Assembly (NCBI GenBank): GCA_945872615.1
Contig: CAMBZZ010000001.1
Span: forward strand, 90,701-154,700
Source: an uncultured Clostridia bacterium
GTDB taxonomy: Bacteria; Bacillota; Clostridia; Christensenellales; UBA3700
DNA: 64,000 nt
Direction: 5' to 3'
Positions within the stretch are counted from its first letter, which is position 1. The number at the start of each line of letters is the position of its first letter. A model generated the notes under the pieces. That model did not search any database, was not told the DNA's origin, and saw only the letters and a list, made by a program, of their open reading frames with translations. This document shows positions 1 through 10,604 of the stretch, in pieces. A program made the position numbers and the translations under genes.

Positions 1-21
1 TTTATTTTCTCTCTTAGCCAT
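1..21 (-). CDS. rpsE: 30S ribosomal protein S5, first 7 codons only (truncated by window edge)
   Basis: Reverse complement of 1-21 reads ATGGCTAAGAGAGAAAATAAA (MAKRENK). GGAGG lies at 28-32 on the minus strand. Synteny: the position directly after rplR. Confidence 0.5.
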
Positions 22-32
22 AATCTACCTCC

Positions 33-401
33 TTAGAACTTCAAACCGGCTTCTCTTGCGCCGTCGGCAACCATCTTGACACGACCGGTATAAAGGTAAC
101 CGCCTCTGTCAAATACGACTTGCTCTATTCCTGCAGCCAAAGCCTTCTTAGCAATGGTTTCACCCACAAGCTTAGAAGCCTCGGTCTTGGTAAGTTCGGC
201 AACCTTGCTTGCAAGGTCTTTGTCGAGAGTCGAGCAAGATACCAAGGTAACTCCCTTGACGTCGTCGATTATTTGCGCCGTAATATTGTTCAAACTTCTG
301 TACACGTTAAGGCGTGGTCTTTCTGCAGTGCCGGAAATCTTGTATCTCATTCTGGCATGTCTTTTAGCTCTGACGGCATTTTTATCAATCTTCTTAATCA
401 T
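33..401 (-). CDS. rplR: 50S ribosomal protein L18
   Basis: 122-aa ORF with an L18-like basic N-terminus ([26 protein letters not shown]). Position in the spc cluster. Confidence 0.95.
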   Translation of the reverse strand: MIKKIDKNAVRAKRHARMRYKISGTAERPRLNVYRSLNNITAQIIDDVKGVTLVSCSTLDKDLASKVAELTKTEASKLVGETIAKKALAAGIEQVVFDRGGYLYTGRVKMVADGAREAGLKF

Positions 402-415
402 ACTTTCTTCACTCC

Positions 416-958
416 TTATTTACCAGCCTTCTTGCCTTCCTTACGAGCGATCACTTCATCGCTGTAACGAACGCCGTATGCGTGATATGGATCAGGTACG
501 CGGATTGCTCTGATGTTTGCCGCAACTTGTCCTACTTTCACTTTATCGATACCGCTTACCACGATTTCGGTTTGGCTTGGGCACTCGAATTTAATTCCGT
601 CTGGCTCAACCACTTCGACGGTATGAGAATAACCTACGTCCATAACGATCTTGTTGCCTTGCTTAGCTACCTTGTAACCTACGCCGTTGATAACAAGACC
701 TTTCTTGTAGCCGTTGGTTACGCCCTCAACCATGTTGGCGATGAGCTTGCGGTACAAACCGTGCATTGCCTTATTCTCTTGTTCGTCGTTCGGACGCTTA
801 ACGTGCAATACGTTGCCCTCGACTTCTACCTTGATGTTTTTGTTGACGCTCAAGGTCAACACACCCTTAGGTCCCTTTACTTCTACTACGTTTTCAGGGG
901 AAACCTTAATTTCCACACCTGCCGGAATAGCAACCGGTAATCTGCCTATTCTTGACAT
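416..958 (-). CDS. rplF: 50S ribosomal protein L6
   Basis: 180-aa ORF starting [15 protein letters not shown], a typical L6 N-terminus. Cluster order supports the call. Confidence 0.95.
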   Translation of the reverse strand: MSRIGRLPVAIPAGVEIKVSPENVVEVKGPKGVLTLSVNKNIKVEVEGNVLHVKRPNDEQENKAMHGLYRKLIANMVEGVTNGYKKGLVINGVGYKVAKQGNKIVMDVGYSHTVEVVEPDGIKFECPSQTEIVVSGIDKVKVGQVAANIRAIRVPDPYHAYGVRYSDEVIARKEGKKAGK

Positions 959-979
959 ACTCTACTATTCCTCCTTCTA

Positions 980-1378
980 TTACCATACGTAAGCGAGTAC
1001 TTCGCCACCGATGTGTTGAGCTCTTGCTTGCTTGTCGGTCATTACGCCCTTAGACGTGGAGATGATGGCGATACCCATTCCTCCGAGCACCTTAGGGAGA
1101 TTGTCCGAGCTAGCGTATATACGAAGACCCGGCTTGGATATACGCTTAATACCGGTAATGACCTTTTCGTTCTTTGGTCCATACTTAAGATTTACCTTCA
1201 TAACACTTTGAACACCGTTCTCGATTATCTCGACGCCATTCACAAATCCCTCGTCAACCAAAATATCGGCGATTGCTTTTTTCATCTTAGAAAAAGGCAC
1301 TTCTACGCTGTCATGTTTAACCACGAGACCGTTGCGGATGCGTGTCAACATATCTGCTATTGGATCAGTTATCATCAT
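980..1378 (-). CDS. rpsH: 30S ribosomal protein S8
   Basis: 132-aa ORF with the S8 signature [14 protein letters not shown]. Cluster order supports the call. Confidence 0.95.
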   Translation of the reverse strand: MMITDPIADMLTRIRNGLVVKHDSVEVPFSKMKKAIADILVDEGFVNGVEIIENGVQSVMKVNLKYGPKNEKVITGIKRISKPGLRIYASSDNLPKVLGGMGIAIISTSKGVMTDKQARAQHIGGEVLAYVW

Positions 1379-1398
1379 AGTAAATATCCTCCTCTATC

Positions 1399-1584
1399 TT
1401 ACCAACTTGCTTTCTTTACGCCGGGAATTTCGCCTTTGTAAGCCAATTCTCTGAAGCAAATTCTGCAAATACCGTATTTTCTCAAAACAGCGTGAGGTCT
1501 ACCGCAAATCTGGCATCTGGTATATGCTCTCGTAGAAAACTTTGGAGTTCTTTGTTGTTTATTTATCATCGCTTTCTTAGCCAT
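1399..1584 (-). CDS. rpsZ: 30S ribosomal protein S14 type Z (zinc-binding short form)
   Basis: 61 aa with CQICGR...CRICFRE (CxxC-x12-CxxC). Lies between rplE and rpsH. Confidence 0.95.
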   Translation of the reverse strand: MAKKAMINKQQRTPKFSTRAYTRCQICGRPHAVLRKYGICRICFRELAYKGEIPGVKKASW

Positions 1585-1600
1585 TGCTTATATCCTCCTC

Positions 1601-2146
1601 TTACTTCACAAAAGGCATGCCCAAATGTGTGAGCAACGCTTTTGCTTGTTCGTCTGTCTTAGCAGTAGTAACGAAACATATGTCAAATCCTCTTACTTTC
1701 TCAATCTTATCGTAAGAAATCTCCGGGAAGATGAGTTGTTCCTTTACTCCTACACAATAGTTACCTCTACCGTCGAAAGAGTTGTTAGGCACGCCCTTAA
1801 AGTCTCTAACGCGTGGAAGTGCTACGCTGATAAACTTATCGATAAAGTCGTACATCTTCTTGCCGCGGAGAGTAACCTTTGCGCCGATAGCCATACCTTC
1901 TCTCAACTTAAAGTTTGCCACGCTCTTCTTAGCTTTGGTAACTACAGGCTTTTGACCGGCAATGAGTTCCAACTCGTCTACTGCTATTTGGAAGCTCTTG
2001 CTGTTGTCCTTTACGTCGCCAAGACCCATATTGAGCACTACTTTCTCAATCTTAGGAATTTCGTTGACGTTCTTAAAGTTGAACTCTTTCATCAATGCAG
2101 GAACGGCAACGTTTTTATAAAGTTCTTCGATTCTATATTCTCTCAT
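1601..2146 (-). CDS. rplE: 50S ribosomal protein L5
   Basis: 181-aa ORF with L5-like sequence ([19 protein letters not shown]-like). Cluster order supports the call. Confidence 0.95.
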   Translation of the reverse strand: MREYRIEELYKNVAVPALMKEFNFKNVNEIPKIEKVVLNMGLGDVKDNSKSFQIAVDELELIAGQKPVVTKAKKSVANFKLREGMAIGAKVTLRGKKMYDFIDKFISVALPRVRDFKGVPNNSFDGRGNYCVGVKEQLIFPEISYDKIEKVRGFDICFVTTAKTDEQAKALLTHLGMPFVK

Positions 2147-2161
2147 CGTCTTGTTCCTCCA

Positions 2162-2599
2162 TTATTCTTTGTCTTCGGCTTCCGTTTTCTTGGTAACCTT
2201 CTTAGCGGTCTTCTTTGGAGCGGCTTTCTTAGCTGCTGCTTTAGCCTTAGAAGCCTTTACTTCGTCCAAAGACGCGCCGCACTTTTTGCAGATACGGCTC
2301 TTCACCGTCTTACCTTCTTCGTTTTTCTCGATTTTGTGAGCCACTCTCGTTGGTTGGTTGCAAGCAGGGCAGATAATCATAACGTTAGATACGTCGATTG
2401 CTCTCTCCTTCTTTACAAGACCGCCCTTTTCTTGAGCGTTGCGTGGCTTAACAAAGTGCGTTTGGGTGCTGAGTCCGTCGCCTTGTACCACTACTTTTCC
2501 CTTAGAAGGGTCAACTGACAAAACCGTGCCGGACTTGCCGTTATCGTTGCCCGCGATAATCTTTACCGCGTCGCCTTTTTTTACACTGATACTCATCAT
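2162..2599 (-). CDS. rplX: 50S ribosomal protein L24, extended form with an internal Cys4 motif and a Lys/Ala-rich C-terminal tail
   Basis: 145 aa. The KOW-like N-terminus (VKKGDAVKIIAGNDNGKSG) and the position between rplN and rplE identify it as L24. CPAC (res 77-80) and CKKC (res 104-107) plus the tail KASKAKAAAKKAAPKKTAKKVTKK are atypical. Confidence 0.9.
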   Translation of the reverse strand: MMSISVKKGDAVKIIAGNDNGKSGTVLSVDPSKGKVVVQGDGLSTQTHFVKPRNAQEKGGLVKKERAIDVSNVMIICPACNQPTRVAHKIEKNEEGKTVKSRICKKCGASLDEVKASKAKAAAKKAAPKKTAKKVTKKTEAEDKE

Positions 2600-2606
2600 A
2601 TACCTC

Positions 2607-2975
2607 CTAAATTACCTCCGGAGCAAGAGATATGATTTTCATAAACTCTTTCTCACGAAGTTCACGTGCTATCGGACCAAGGATAGCGGTACCTCTCGGT
2701 TGCTTTTGGTTGTCGATAATAACTGCGGCGTTGTCGTCGAATCTGATGTGAGAGCCGTCCTCTCTTCTGATTCCTTTGGTAGTTCTTACGATAACCGCCT
2801 TAACTACGTCGCCCTTCTTTACGATTCCGCCCGGAGCAGCCGACTGAACTGCAGCAACGATGACGTCACCGATATTACCGCTTCTACGGAACGAACCACC
2901 CATAACTCTGATGCACTTGATTTCTTTTGCACCGCTGTTGTCAGCGACAATAAGTCTAGTTTCTGCTTGTATCAT
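2607..2975 (-). CDS. rplN: 50S ribosomal protein L14
   Basis: 122 aa starting [17 protein letters not shown], the canonical L14 N-terminus. Confidence 0.95.
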   Translation of the reverse strand: MIQAETRLIVADNSGAKEIKCIRVMGGSFRRSGNIGDVIVAAVQSAAPGGIVKKGDVVKAVIVRTTKGIRREDGSHIRFDDNAAVIIDNQKQPRGTAILGPIARELREKEFMKIISLAPEVI

Positions 2976-2987
2976 GTCTGGTCCTCC

Positions 2988-3242
2988 TTATTTAGCCTTT
3001 TCGATAATTTCTACTACTCTCCAGCACTTATCCTTGCTGAGAGGTTTGGTCTCTACGATACGAACGGTATCGCCGATTCCGCATTCGTTGTTTTCGTCGT
3101 GAGCCTTAAACTTCTTGGTTCTGTTGACGATTTTACCATAAAGAGGATGTTTTACACGCTCTCTTATCTCGATAACGACCGTCTTGTCCATCTTATCGCT
3201 GGTAACGAGACCGACTCTGGACTTTCTAAGATTTCTTTCCAT
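2988..3242 (-). CDS. rpsQ: 30S ribosomal protein S17
   Basis: 84 aa, S17-like ([19 protein letters not shown]...). Cluster order supports the call. Confidence 0.95.
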   Translation of the reverse strand: MERNLRKSRVGLVTSDKMDKTVVIEIRERVKHPLYGKIVNRTKKFKAHDENNECGIGDTVRIVETKPLSKDKCWRVVEIIEKAK

Positions 3243-3255
3243 GTTTCACTCCTCC

Positions 3256-3489
3256 TTATTTTGCTTTCTTTGCAGTCTTAGCTGCAGGCTCGGCGGAGAT
3301 GCCGAGTTGTCTTTGACGAATAATCGTCATAACTCTTGCTATATCTTTTTTGCATACGTTGAGTTGGTTAGCGTTCTCGAGTTGTCCTGCTCTGTGCTTA
3401 AAACGAAGATTGAAAAGTTCTTCTTTCAATTCGGTCAACTTGATATTCAACTCATCATTGGTCATTTCAAAAAACTTATTGGATTTCAT
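3256..3489 (-). CDS. rpmC: 50S ribosomal protein L29
   Basis: 77 aa with an L29 helix-rich motif ([12 protein letters not shown]). Overlaps the rplP end by 14 nt. Confidence 0.9.
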   Translation of the reverse strand: MKSNKFFEMTNDELNIKLTELKEELFNLRFKHRAGQLENANQLNVCKKDIARVMTIIRQRQLGISAEPAAKTAKKAK

Positions 3490-3907
3490 CGTTTACCACC
3501 TCATCTTTCTTCACGATTTTGCACTTAACCGGCAACTTGTGAGAAGCAAGTCTCAAAGCTTCTCTTGCTACTTCTTCGCTCACGCCTGCCATCTCGAACA
3601 TAACTCTACCCGGTTTTACGACTGCAACCCAGTATTCTACGCTACCTTTACCGCTACCCATTCTGGTTTCTGCAGGCTTTTTGGTTACAGGCTTGTGTGG
3701 GAAGATATTTATCCATACTTGTCCGCCACGCTTGATATATCTGGTCATTGCGATACGGGCAGCCTCGATTTGGTTAGAAGTAACCCAACTTGGCTCCAAA
3801 GCAACGAGACCATATTCGCCGTAAGCGATGACGTTACCTTTGTTTGCGTTTCCTTTGAGTCTGCCGCGATGAACACGACGTCTCTTTACTCTCTTAGGCA
3901 TCAACAT
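3476..3907 (-). CDS. rplP: 50S ribosomal protein L16
   Basis: 143 aa starting [16 protein letters not shown], a typical L16 N-terminus. Confidence 0.95.
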   Translation of the reverse strand: MLMPKRVKRRRVHRGRLKGNANKGNVIAYGEYGLVALEPSWVTSNQIEAARIAMTRYIKRGGQVWINIFPHKPVTKKPAETRMGSGKGSVEYWVAVVKPGRVMFEMAGVSEEVAREALRLASHKLPVKCKIVKKDEVVNDEIQ

Positions 3908-4590
3908 TACGCGTTACCTCCTTCCTTAGCATCGACAACGGTCTTACCTCCGAGAACTTCTCCCTTGTAGACCCATACCTTTACGCCGATAGCACCGTAA
4001 GTAGTTCTTGCGGTAGCTACACCGTATTCAATATCGGCTCTGATGGTTTGAAGTGGGATAGAACCTTCGTGATAATTTTCGCTTCTTGCGATTTCCGCTC
4101 CGTCAAGACGACCCGATACCATAGTTTTGATACCCTTAACGCCGCCCTTCATAGCGCGAGAAATAACTTGCTTCATTGCTCTTCTAAAAGCTACACGCTT
4201 TTCGAGTTGCTCTGCAATGTTCTCTGCGATAAGTTGAGCGTCGGTATCTGGTCTCTTCACTTCCATGATGTTGATAACCACGCTCTTCTTAGGAGCAATT
4301 TTCATAACTTCTTTCTTAATCTCTTCTACGTTTGCGCCGGCTTTACCGATCAAGGTAGCGGGTTTGGACGTGTAGATGTTTACCGTAACGATGTCGTTGG
4401 CAGAAGAAAGAACTCTGTTGATAGTAATTTTGGAGATACCGTTTTGATAGTATTTATTCTTCAAAAACTCTCTGATTTTGTGGTCTTCTACAAGATTGGC
4501 AGAAAAATTCTTCTTGTCGGCAAACCATTGAGCATTCCAATCTTTAATTACGCCTACTCTCAATCCGTGTGGACTAACTTTTTGACCCAT
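3907..4590 (-). CDS. rpsC: 30S ribosomal protein S3
   Basis: 227 aa starting [18 protein letters not shown], the canonical S3 N-terminus. Confidence 0.95.
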   Translation of the reverse strand: MGQKVSPHGLRVGVIKDWNAQWFADKKNFSANLVEDHKIREFLKNKYYQNGISKITINRVLSSANDIVTVNIYTSKPATLIGKAGANVEEIKKEVMKIAPKKSVVINIMEVKRPDTDAQLIAENIAEQLEKRVAFRRAMKQVISRAMKGGVKGIKTMVSGRLDGAEIARSENYHEGSIPLQTIRADIEYGVATARTTYGAIGVKVWVYKGEVLGGKTVVDAKEGGNA

Positions 4591-4604
4591 CTTAAACCTC
4601 CTCC

Positions 4605-4994
4605 TTACTCAGCCACAGCATCAAGAATAATCGTGATGTGGCTTGTTCTTTTGTTTATTCTGCCCGCGCTTCCCTTAGCCTTTGGAGTAATTCTCTTAAG
4701 GATAGGACCCGCATTGGCATAACATTCTGCTACGTACAACTCGCTCTTGTTCATGTTGAGATTGTTTTCCGCATTAGCGGCAGCCGAATTCAACACTTTG
4801 AGGAGAGGTTCGCTTGCAGCTTTTCTCAAAGTCTTGAGAATTGCAACCGCGTCCGTATATTTCTGACCTCTGATAACGTCAAGCACTACACGCACTTTGT
4901 CAGGAGATATTCTGATATATTTTGCAACCGCTCTCGGACGCTTGTCTGCGTTCTCTTGACGAGCAATAGCTTTTTCTCTAATTCTAGTAGCCAT
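4605..4994 (-). CDS. rplV: 50S ribosomal protein L22
   Basis: 129 aa, L22-like ([20 protein letters not shown]). Cluster order supports the call. Confidence 0.95.
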   Translation of the reverse strand: MATRIREKAIARQENADKRPRAVAKYIRISPDKVRVVLDVIRGQKYTDAVAILKTLRKAASEPLLKVLNSAAANAENNLNMNKSELYVAECYANAGPILKRITPKAKGSAGRINKRTSHITIILDAVAE

Positions 4995-5006
4995 ATTATC
5001 CTCCTA

Positions 5007-5285
5007 TTATTTCTTGCCTGTTGTCTTTTCGCCGGCATGGCCTTTGAAGGTTCTGGTCGGAGCGAACTCGCCGAGCTTGCAGCCTACCATATCTTCGGTG
5101 ATATATACAGGAACGTGTTTTCTTCCGTCATGAACTGCGATGGTATGTCCTACCATGTCAGGAAAAATTGTCGAAGATCTGGACCAGGTCTTTACCAACT
5201 TTTTCTCGTTTGCTTGGTTCATGGCAATGATTCTTTTAATCAATCTTTCTTCTACGAAAGGTCCTTTTTTAACTGATCTGCTCAT
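5007..5285 (-). CDS. rpsS: 30S ribosomal protein S19
   Basis: 92 aa starting [11 protein letters not shown], with the [17 protein letters not shown] motif. Confidence 0.95.
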   Translation of the reverse strand: MSRSVKKGPFVEERLIKRIIAMNQANEKKLVKTWSRSSTIFPDMVGHTIAVHDGRKHVPVYITEDMVGCKLGEFAPTRTFKGHAGEKTTGKK

Positions 5286-5299
5286 TTATACCGTTCCTC

Positions 5300-6124
5300 C
5301 TAGTTAATACGCTTAACAATATACTTGTTGCTCTTGTTCTTCTTTCTGGTCTTGTAACCCAAGGTTGGTACACCCCAAGGAGTTACAGGGCTTGGCATAC
5401 CGATAGGGCTCTTGCCTTCACCACCGCCGTGAGGGTGGTCGCAAGGGTTCATTACGACACCACGAACGGTTGGCTTAATACCCATATGGCGTTTACGTCC
5501 CGCCTTACCCAGCGAAACTATCTCGTGTTCGAGATTGCCTACTTGACCGATAGTTGCTCTGCACTTGAGAGGAATGTATCTCATTTCTCCGCTTGGCAGT
5601 CTGAGCGTTGCGTACTTGCCTTCCTTAGCCATCAACTGAGCCGCGTTACCTGCCGAACGAGCGATTTGTCCGCCCTTGCCGGGTTGCATCTCTATGTTGT
5701 GGAGCATGGTACCTACAGGTATCTTTTCCAAAGGAAGAGCGTTGCCTACTTTGATGTCTGCGTTTTCGCCGCTCATCACCTTGTCGCCCTTATTGAGACC
5801 AACGGGAGCAAGAATATATCTCTTCTCGCCGTCTGCGTAGTGGAGCAAAGCGATGTTTGCGCTGCGGTTTGGATCGTACTCGATAGAAGCAACGGTTGCT
5901 ACTACGTCGTCCTTATTACGCTTAAAATCAATAATTCTGTACTTGTTTCTGTTACCGCCGCCGATGTGTCTTACGGTAATTCTACCGTTAGCGTTTCTAC
6001 CGCCGGTTCTGTTTTTCGACTCCAACAAGCTCTTTTCTGGCTTTGTCGTAGTAATTTCGCTAAAAGTCGAAACCGTCATAAAACGACGAGCAGGAGAAGT
6101 CGGTTTAAATCTTTTTATAGCCAT
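5300..6124 (-). CDS. rplB: 50S ribosomal protein L2
   Basis: 274 aa starting [14 protein letters not shown], with the DHPHGGGEG motif. Confidence 0.95.
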   Translation of the reverse strand: MAIKRFKPTSPARRFMTVSTFSEITTTKPEKSLLESKNRTGGRNANGRITVRHIGGGNRNKYRIIDFKRNKDDVVATVASIEYDPNRSANIALLHYADGEKRYILAPVGLNKGDKVMSGENADIKVGNALPLEKIPVGTMLHNIEMQPGKGGQIARSAGNAAQLMAKEGKYATLRLPSGEMRYIPLKCRATIGQVGNLEHEIVSLGKAGRKRHMGIKPTVRGVVMNPCDHPHGGGEGKSPIGMPSPVTPWGVPTLGYKTRKKNKSNKYIVKRIN

Positions 6125-6141
6125 TGTGTATTCCCTCCCGA

Positions 6142-6432
6142 TTAAGCCAGACTCTCGAAGAACTCGATTGCCTTGCTGTCTGCTTTAAGTTGAACGATAG
6201 CCTTTTTGTAAGGAGCGGTAGTACCTTCGTATCTTCCCATTCTCTTCTTTTTACCGTCAACGTTAGTGGTGTTTACTTTTGCGACCTTAACTCCAAAGAT
6301 GTCCTCGATAGCCACTTTGATTTGAGTTTTGGTAGCGTCCTTAGCAACTTTGAAAGTATATTTCTTATCAGGAATAGCGTCAAAGCTCTTTTCTGTAAGA
6401 ATAGGACAAATAATAATATCGTACTTATTCAT
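6142..6432 (-). CDS. rplW: 50S ribosomal protein L23
   Basis: 96 aa, L23-like (ILTEKS...[13 protein letters not shown]). Cluster order supports the call. Confidence 0.9.
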   Translation of the reverse strand: MNKYDIIICPILTEKSFDAIPDKKYTFKVAKDATKTQIKVAIEDIFGVKVAKVNTTNVDGKKKRMGRYEGTTAPYKKAIVQLKADSKAIEFFESLA

Positions 6433-7052
6433 TATGCATATACCTCCTCGAGTTTACGGATAGCGGCTTGCGTTGCGATGCAATCTGCATTTGCAACTAG
6501 GTCGTATACGTTGATGAGTTCTACGTTGCATACGGTCACGTTTTGAATGTTAGCGCAAGCTCTCAAAACGGTTTCGTCGTCCTTGTCGGTCAACACGATA
6601 ACTCTACCCTTGATGTCGAATGCCTTAAGCATTTGAGCGGCGAGCTTGGTCTTAGCCTGCTCGAAAGCGAGGTTGTCAACCACTATCATCTTATTGTCCG
6701 CAACTTTTGCGCTGAGTGCGCTGATTGTAGCGGCAACTCTCATCTTCTTGTTGATTTTTTGGCTAAAGTCTCTTTGCTTTGGTGCAAATACCACTCCGCC
6801 GCCGGTCCATTGCGGACTTCTGATGCTACCTTGTCTAGCACGACCCGTGCCCTTTTGTCTCCAAGGCTTTGCGCCTCCGCCTCTAACTTCCGAACGGGTC
6901 AAAGTGCTTTTGTTGCCTTGTCTTTTATTTGCCAGTTGAGCAACGACTACTTGATGAATGAGAGCCTCGTTGTATTCTTGACCGAACACAGCCTCGTTCA
7001 ATTCCATATCGCCGACTTTCTTAGCTTCAAGATTAAAAACGTCTATTTTCAT
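6432..7052 (-). CDS. rplD: 50S ribosomal protein L4
   Basis: 206 aa with the L4 motif KPWRQKGTGRARQGSIRSPQW. Confidence 0.95.
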   Translation of the reverse strand: MKIDVFNLEAKKVGDMELNEAVFGQEYNEALIHQVVVAQLANKRQGNKSTLTRSEVRGGGAKPWRQKGTGRARQGSIRSPQWTGGGVVFAPKQRDFSQKINKKMRVAATISALSAKVADNKMIVVDNLAFEQAKTKLAAQMLKAFDIKGRVIVLTDKDDETVLRACANIQNVTVCNVELINVYDLVANADCIATQAAIRKLEEVYA

Positions 7053-7062
7053 AATTTACTCC

Positions 7063-7692
7063 TTAACCGTTCTTGGTTTGCTTAACGACTACGATACCGC
7101 CCTTAGCGCCAGGTATAGCACCCTTGATAAGCAGAAGATTGCGGTTTGCATCGACTTTTACTACGGTGAGGTTTTTCACGGTTACTCTCTCGTTACCCCA
7201 CTGACCGGACATCTTCTTGTTTTTGAAAACTCTCGAAGGAGAAGAGTTTGCGCCCATAGAACCAACGCCTCTGTGGTAGCCCGAGCCGTGAGCCATAGGA
7301 CCGCAGTGATGATTCCATCTCTTTACTACGCCGGTAAATCCGTGTCCCTTCGAAGTACCTACTACGTCAACCACATCGCCCTCTGCGAATACGTCGCACT
7401 TGATTTCTTGTCCGACTTCGAGGCTATCGATGTTGTCGAGTTTCAACTCTTTGAGGACTTTGCGTACGGCAACTCCCGCCTTTTTGTAGTGACCCTTGAG
7501 TGGCTTGTTGACGTTCTTCTCTTTTACGTCGCCGTAAGCGAGTTGCACTGCCTGATAGCCGTCTTTTTCAAGAGTTTTCTTTTGCACGACTGGGCAAGGA
7601 CCTGCTTCCACAACGGTTACAGGGATAACTTTGCCGTCTTTTGCAAAAATTTGACTCATTCCCAATTTCTTTCCAATGATTGCTTTATTCAT
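7063..7692 (-). CDS. rplC: 50S ribosomal protein L3
   Basis: 209 aa with [10 protein letters not shown] and [13 protein letters not shown] motifs. Confidence 0.95.
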   Translation of the reverse strand: MNKAIIGKKLGMSQIFAKDGKVIPVTVVEAGPCPVVQKKTLEKDGYQAVQLAYGDVKEKNVNKPLKGHYKKAGVAVRKVLKELKLDNIDSLEVGQEIKCDVFAEGDVVDVVGTSKGHGFTGVVKRWNHHCGPMAHGSGYHRGVGSMGANSSPSRVFKNKKMSGQWGNERVTVKNLTVVKVDANRNLLLIKGAIPGAKGGIVVVKQTKNG

Positions 7693-7745
7693 AGATAAAG
7701 TTCACCTCCAAATATTTTCTGATTGCGATGCAATCTTTGTGTCAA

Positions 7746-8054
7746 TTAAAATTTAATGTTAATATCTACGCCTGCTGGCAAATCCAACTTCATCAATGCT
7801 TCCACAGACTTAGGGGTTGGATTGTAAATATCGATAATTCTCTTGTGCGTTCTAAGTTCGAACTGCTCTCTGCTGTCCTTGTCCTTGTGCACTGCTCTGA
7901 TAATAGTGATAACTTCTTTATCAGTTGGGAGTGGGATAGGTCCGGCGACCTTAACACCGCTTCTCTTTGCCGTCTCAACGATTTTGTCTGACGCAACGTC
8001 GATGAGGTTGTGATCGTAAGCTCTAAGTCTTATTCTGATTTTTTGTCCTGCCAT
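7746..8054 (-). CDS. rpsJ: 30S ribosomal protein S10
   Basis: 102 aa starting [15 protein letters not shown], the canonical S10 N-terminus. First gene of the cluster. Confidence 0.95.
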   Translation of the reverse strand: MAGQKIRIRLRAYDHNLIDVASDKIVETAKRSGVKVAGPIPLPTDKEVITIIRAVHKDKDSREQFELRTHKRIIDIYNPTPKSVEALMKLDLPAGVDINIKF

Positions 8055-8225
8055 TTTTGTTTCTCCTTTCCTAACTTGTATTCACGCATCCGTGTGTTTC
8101 GCATTGCCCCTAATAAAAAGGACCAGCAGTAGTCCCTCGTTAGTCGCCCGATTGTCGGACTCTTGTCGGCGAAAGTTCTCTGCCAAGGCAGTAACCTCCC
8201 GCGTCATTCCTCACAATGCTCGTTT

Positions 8226-8254
8226 ATCTTATATTAAATTGAAAAACCTGTCAA
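8226..8254 (-). promoter_or_regulatory. Candidate sigma-70-type promoter of the S10 operon
   Basis: Minus strand reads TTGACA (8254-8249), a 17-nt spacer, then TAAGAT (8231-8226). An A/T-rich tract lies upstream. It sits about 170 nt upstream of the rpsJ ATG. Confidence 0.5.
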
Positions 8255-8462
8255 ACGTTTGAAAATAATTTTATAAAAAAGTTTTGTAAAATTTATGTAA
8301 AATTTACTTTTTTTGGTAATTTTTCCAATATCTTGTGTTGTTTGACCGTTATAGATACAATTTTTTATTGCCAATATTTTATTATGAAAGACTTTATTGT
8401 GTAAAGTTTGAATTTTAGACTATTCAATTTGTAAGCTAGTTATTATTATCTAAAATTTCATA

Positions 8463-8491
8463 TTGACTTCTTATTTAAAACCATTTATAAT
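8463..8491 (+). promoter_or_regulatory. Candidate sigma-70-type promoter for the peptidase gene
   Basis: TTGACT (8463-8468), a 17-nt spacer, then TATAAT (8486-8491). AGGTGA RBS at 8501-8506 precedes the ATG at 8510. Confidence 0.6.
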
Positions 8492-8509
8492 AAAATAAAA
8501 AGGTGATTT

Positions 8510-9583
8510 ATGAAAAATAAAGTTATCTCGAGCATTATTTTACTTTTAATTTGTTTGTCAATTATTTTTTTTAATTGTCAGATAATCGCCGAAGAAAATC
8601 CACAATCCTATATTTTAGAATATGCCGAAGAGTTTGTGAAAGGTTATGATTTAGAAGTTGCTGCCATAATACCTATTTACGATTTATATAATAATATTAT
8701 ACGGTATTGCGTTACATACAATAAAGATTCAAAAGAATTTGGTTATATTATTTTAGATAGTATTATCTCAAAAGGAAAAGCCCAACTAATAGAGTTTGCT
8801 TTTAATTGCAATAGTATAATTAAACCTAATAGAAAAAATGTATTAATTAACATAATGGAATATGGACAACAACGAGGTGAATTTATCGAAGTGGGTAATA
8901 GAGCGTTTTATTTATCTATGCTAAAAAAATATTTAGCAAACGATTCTGCGAATAGTATTTATGATGGCTACTTGGATATTGACATTAATTTAAATGATAT
9001 TTTAAATGGGCAATTGCAATTAGTTCCATATGCATTTACATTTAGACCATTTATTCAGGAGGACTTAGCCACAACATCACAAATAGATGATGGAATTTGC
9101 GGAGCAACTACCGCTATGAATGTATTGAAATATTATTATGATTCAGGTGAGGAGAAATATGACGACCTTTTCTATCAAAATGCTGACTATTCAATAAATG
9201 TAAATCAAACATATAATATTTTGAGATCATATCAATCTTCTTCTAATCCTTATAATATAGAAGATCAAGATAAAAGAAAAACTGCACTCAATAATTATAT
9301 TAAGAATAAAACCACTCTTAATGTTACAATAGTTAAATATTTATTTACAACTTGGACGTTTTTTTACAATGACATAAAAAATGGAAAATTAGTTGATGTT
9401 AGATATTCATATATGGATGCAGGACATGCAGTGTTAGCAATCGGTGCAGCAGTAGTCAAACCCGATATTTATCCTTTTGGCACAAAATTTTTATGTGTTG
9501 CAGATACTTGGAATTATAATGTTAGATGGTTGAATTATGATTATCACGATAATGTTAAAGGAATGAGTATTAATGTCTATTAA
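8510..9583 (+). CDS. Secreted papain-fold cysteine peptidase, C39-like (Peptidase_C39_2-like)
   Basis: 357 aa with an N-terminal signal/TM segment (KVISSIILLLICLSIIFF). Candidate catalytic Cys in DDGICGATTAMNVLKYYY, His in DAGHAVLAIGAAVV, and Asp/Asn in VADTWN. The gene is strongly AT-rich compared with its neighbours. Confidence 0.55.
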   Translation: MKNKVISSIILLLICLSIIFFNCQIIAEENPQSYILEYAEEFVKGYDLEVAAIIPIYDLYNNIIRYCVTYNKDSKEFGYIILDSIISKGKAQLIEFAFNCNSIIKPNRKNVLINIMEYGQQRGEFIEVGNRAFYLSMLKKYLANDSANSIYDGYLDIDINLNDILNGQLQLVPYAFTFRPFIQEDLATTSQIDDGICGATTAMNVLKYYYDSGEEKYDDLFYQNADYSINVNQTYNILRSYQSSSNPYNIEDQDKRKTALNNYIKNKTTLNVTIVKYLFTTWTFFYNDIKNGKLVDVRYSYMDAGHAVLAIGAAVVKPDIYPFGTKFLCVADTWNYNVRWLNYDYHDNVKGMSINVY

Positions 9584-9615
9584 ATTAGTATAAAAAATAT
9601 AGAGGTATATTTATT

Positions 9616-10032
9616 ATGAGAAAGGAAATGATAATTATTTGTATTCTATTTATAATATTAATAGTATTGGCGAGCATATTAATTTACAATGTAGCAACCC
9701 ACCCCCCAATCGACAAAATAGTAGAGTTGGACGGCATAGAAAAAGTGCAAGTCACCATTTCTTCTTGTTCCCCCAACGATAATATCCAATTCCAACTTTC
9801 TTCTAACGACGTCCAACTATTCGTTGCAATATTGCAATCTAGCCAAGTCAAAGCGTGTGGCAATCCTCACCTTGACGGTGGTGTCTACCGTATCAACCTC
9901 ATAGGCGCGCAAAAGGAACAATCCATCTCCATTTTAGGTCAATATATGATACTCGGCGGCAAATACTACCGCATCGGGGACGCTGCCCACACGTTGCTCA
10001 GTTCTTGCCTACAAGACATGCTTGCGCAATAA
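9616..10032 (+). CDS. Hypothetical membrane-anchored protein, paralog 1
   Basis: 138 aa with an AGAGG RBS and one N-terminal TM helix. The C-terminal two-thirds are identical to the ORF at 10605-11021. Confidence 0.7.
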   Translation: MRKEMIIICILFIILIVLASILIYNVATHPPIDKIVELDGIEKVQVTISSCSPNDNIQFQLSSNDVQLFVAILQSSQVKACGNPHLDGGVYRINLIGAQKEQSISILGQYMILGGKYYRIGDAAHTLLSSCLQDMLAQ

Positions 10033-10094
10033 TCGCACAAATCCAACGTCATTACTTTTACGTCATGCGGTGTATCGTAGACAATAGTTGTGGC

Positions 10095-10432
10095 GTCATT
10101 GTGCTGTGTACGTTTAGCATTAGCAAAGATATTACTTGCAATACTGTGGCAATCTCGTGTATCTTGTCATTCCGAGGACATTTATGTCCGTGGGAATCTC
10201 ATCCCTAGGGGATTATTCCAATCTCTCCTCCTTCTACTCGCACCTTTGCCGTCAAAAGGTTGTATGTCATTCCGCTGTGTACGTTTTGCATTAGCAAAGG
10301 CTATAAATAGCCACGGCAATCTCAATCCTATTAAATTCCTCCTTCGTGCAAATTAAGGTGGCGTGGCTATGCCGAGACGGAGAGATTGCTTATGTCATTG
10401 TGAGCGAGCAAGGCAAGTTTGGCTCTCTCAAC
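10095..10432 (+). repeat. Hairpin-repeat array A (5 units of the GTCATT...AATCTC family and associated modules)
   Basis: Units at 10095-10156, 10166-10201, 10266-10324, 10338-10389 and 10394-10432. Inner palindromes are GGACATttATGTCC (10176-10189) and GGCTATaaATAGCC (10299-10312). Confidence 0.85.
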
Positions 10433-10604
10433 ACCCCCTCCCCAAAGCAGTAGAATATGATACGATAAATCAAAAAAATAAAAAATAATATTGCTGTAAC
10501 AAAATGACGATTTTTTGTACCTTTATAGTAGAAAGAGTAATAATCAAAACGAATAATCAAAGTAATATGAAAACGAAATAATACAATTCGCGAGGTATCT
10601 TATT

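Noticed and set aside
1625-2518. 297-aa plus-strand ORF, and many other 60-280-aa plus-strand ORFs across 1-8054
   Set aside because: They lie antisense to well-supported ribosomal protein genes. They have low-complexity, Leu/Ser/Val-rich products and no RBS. This is typical shadow-ORF behaviour.
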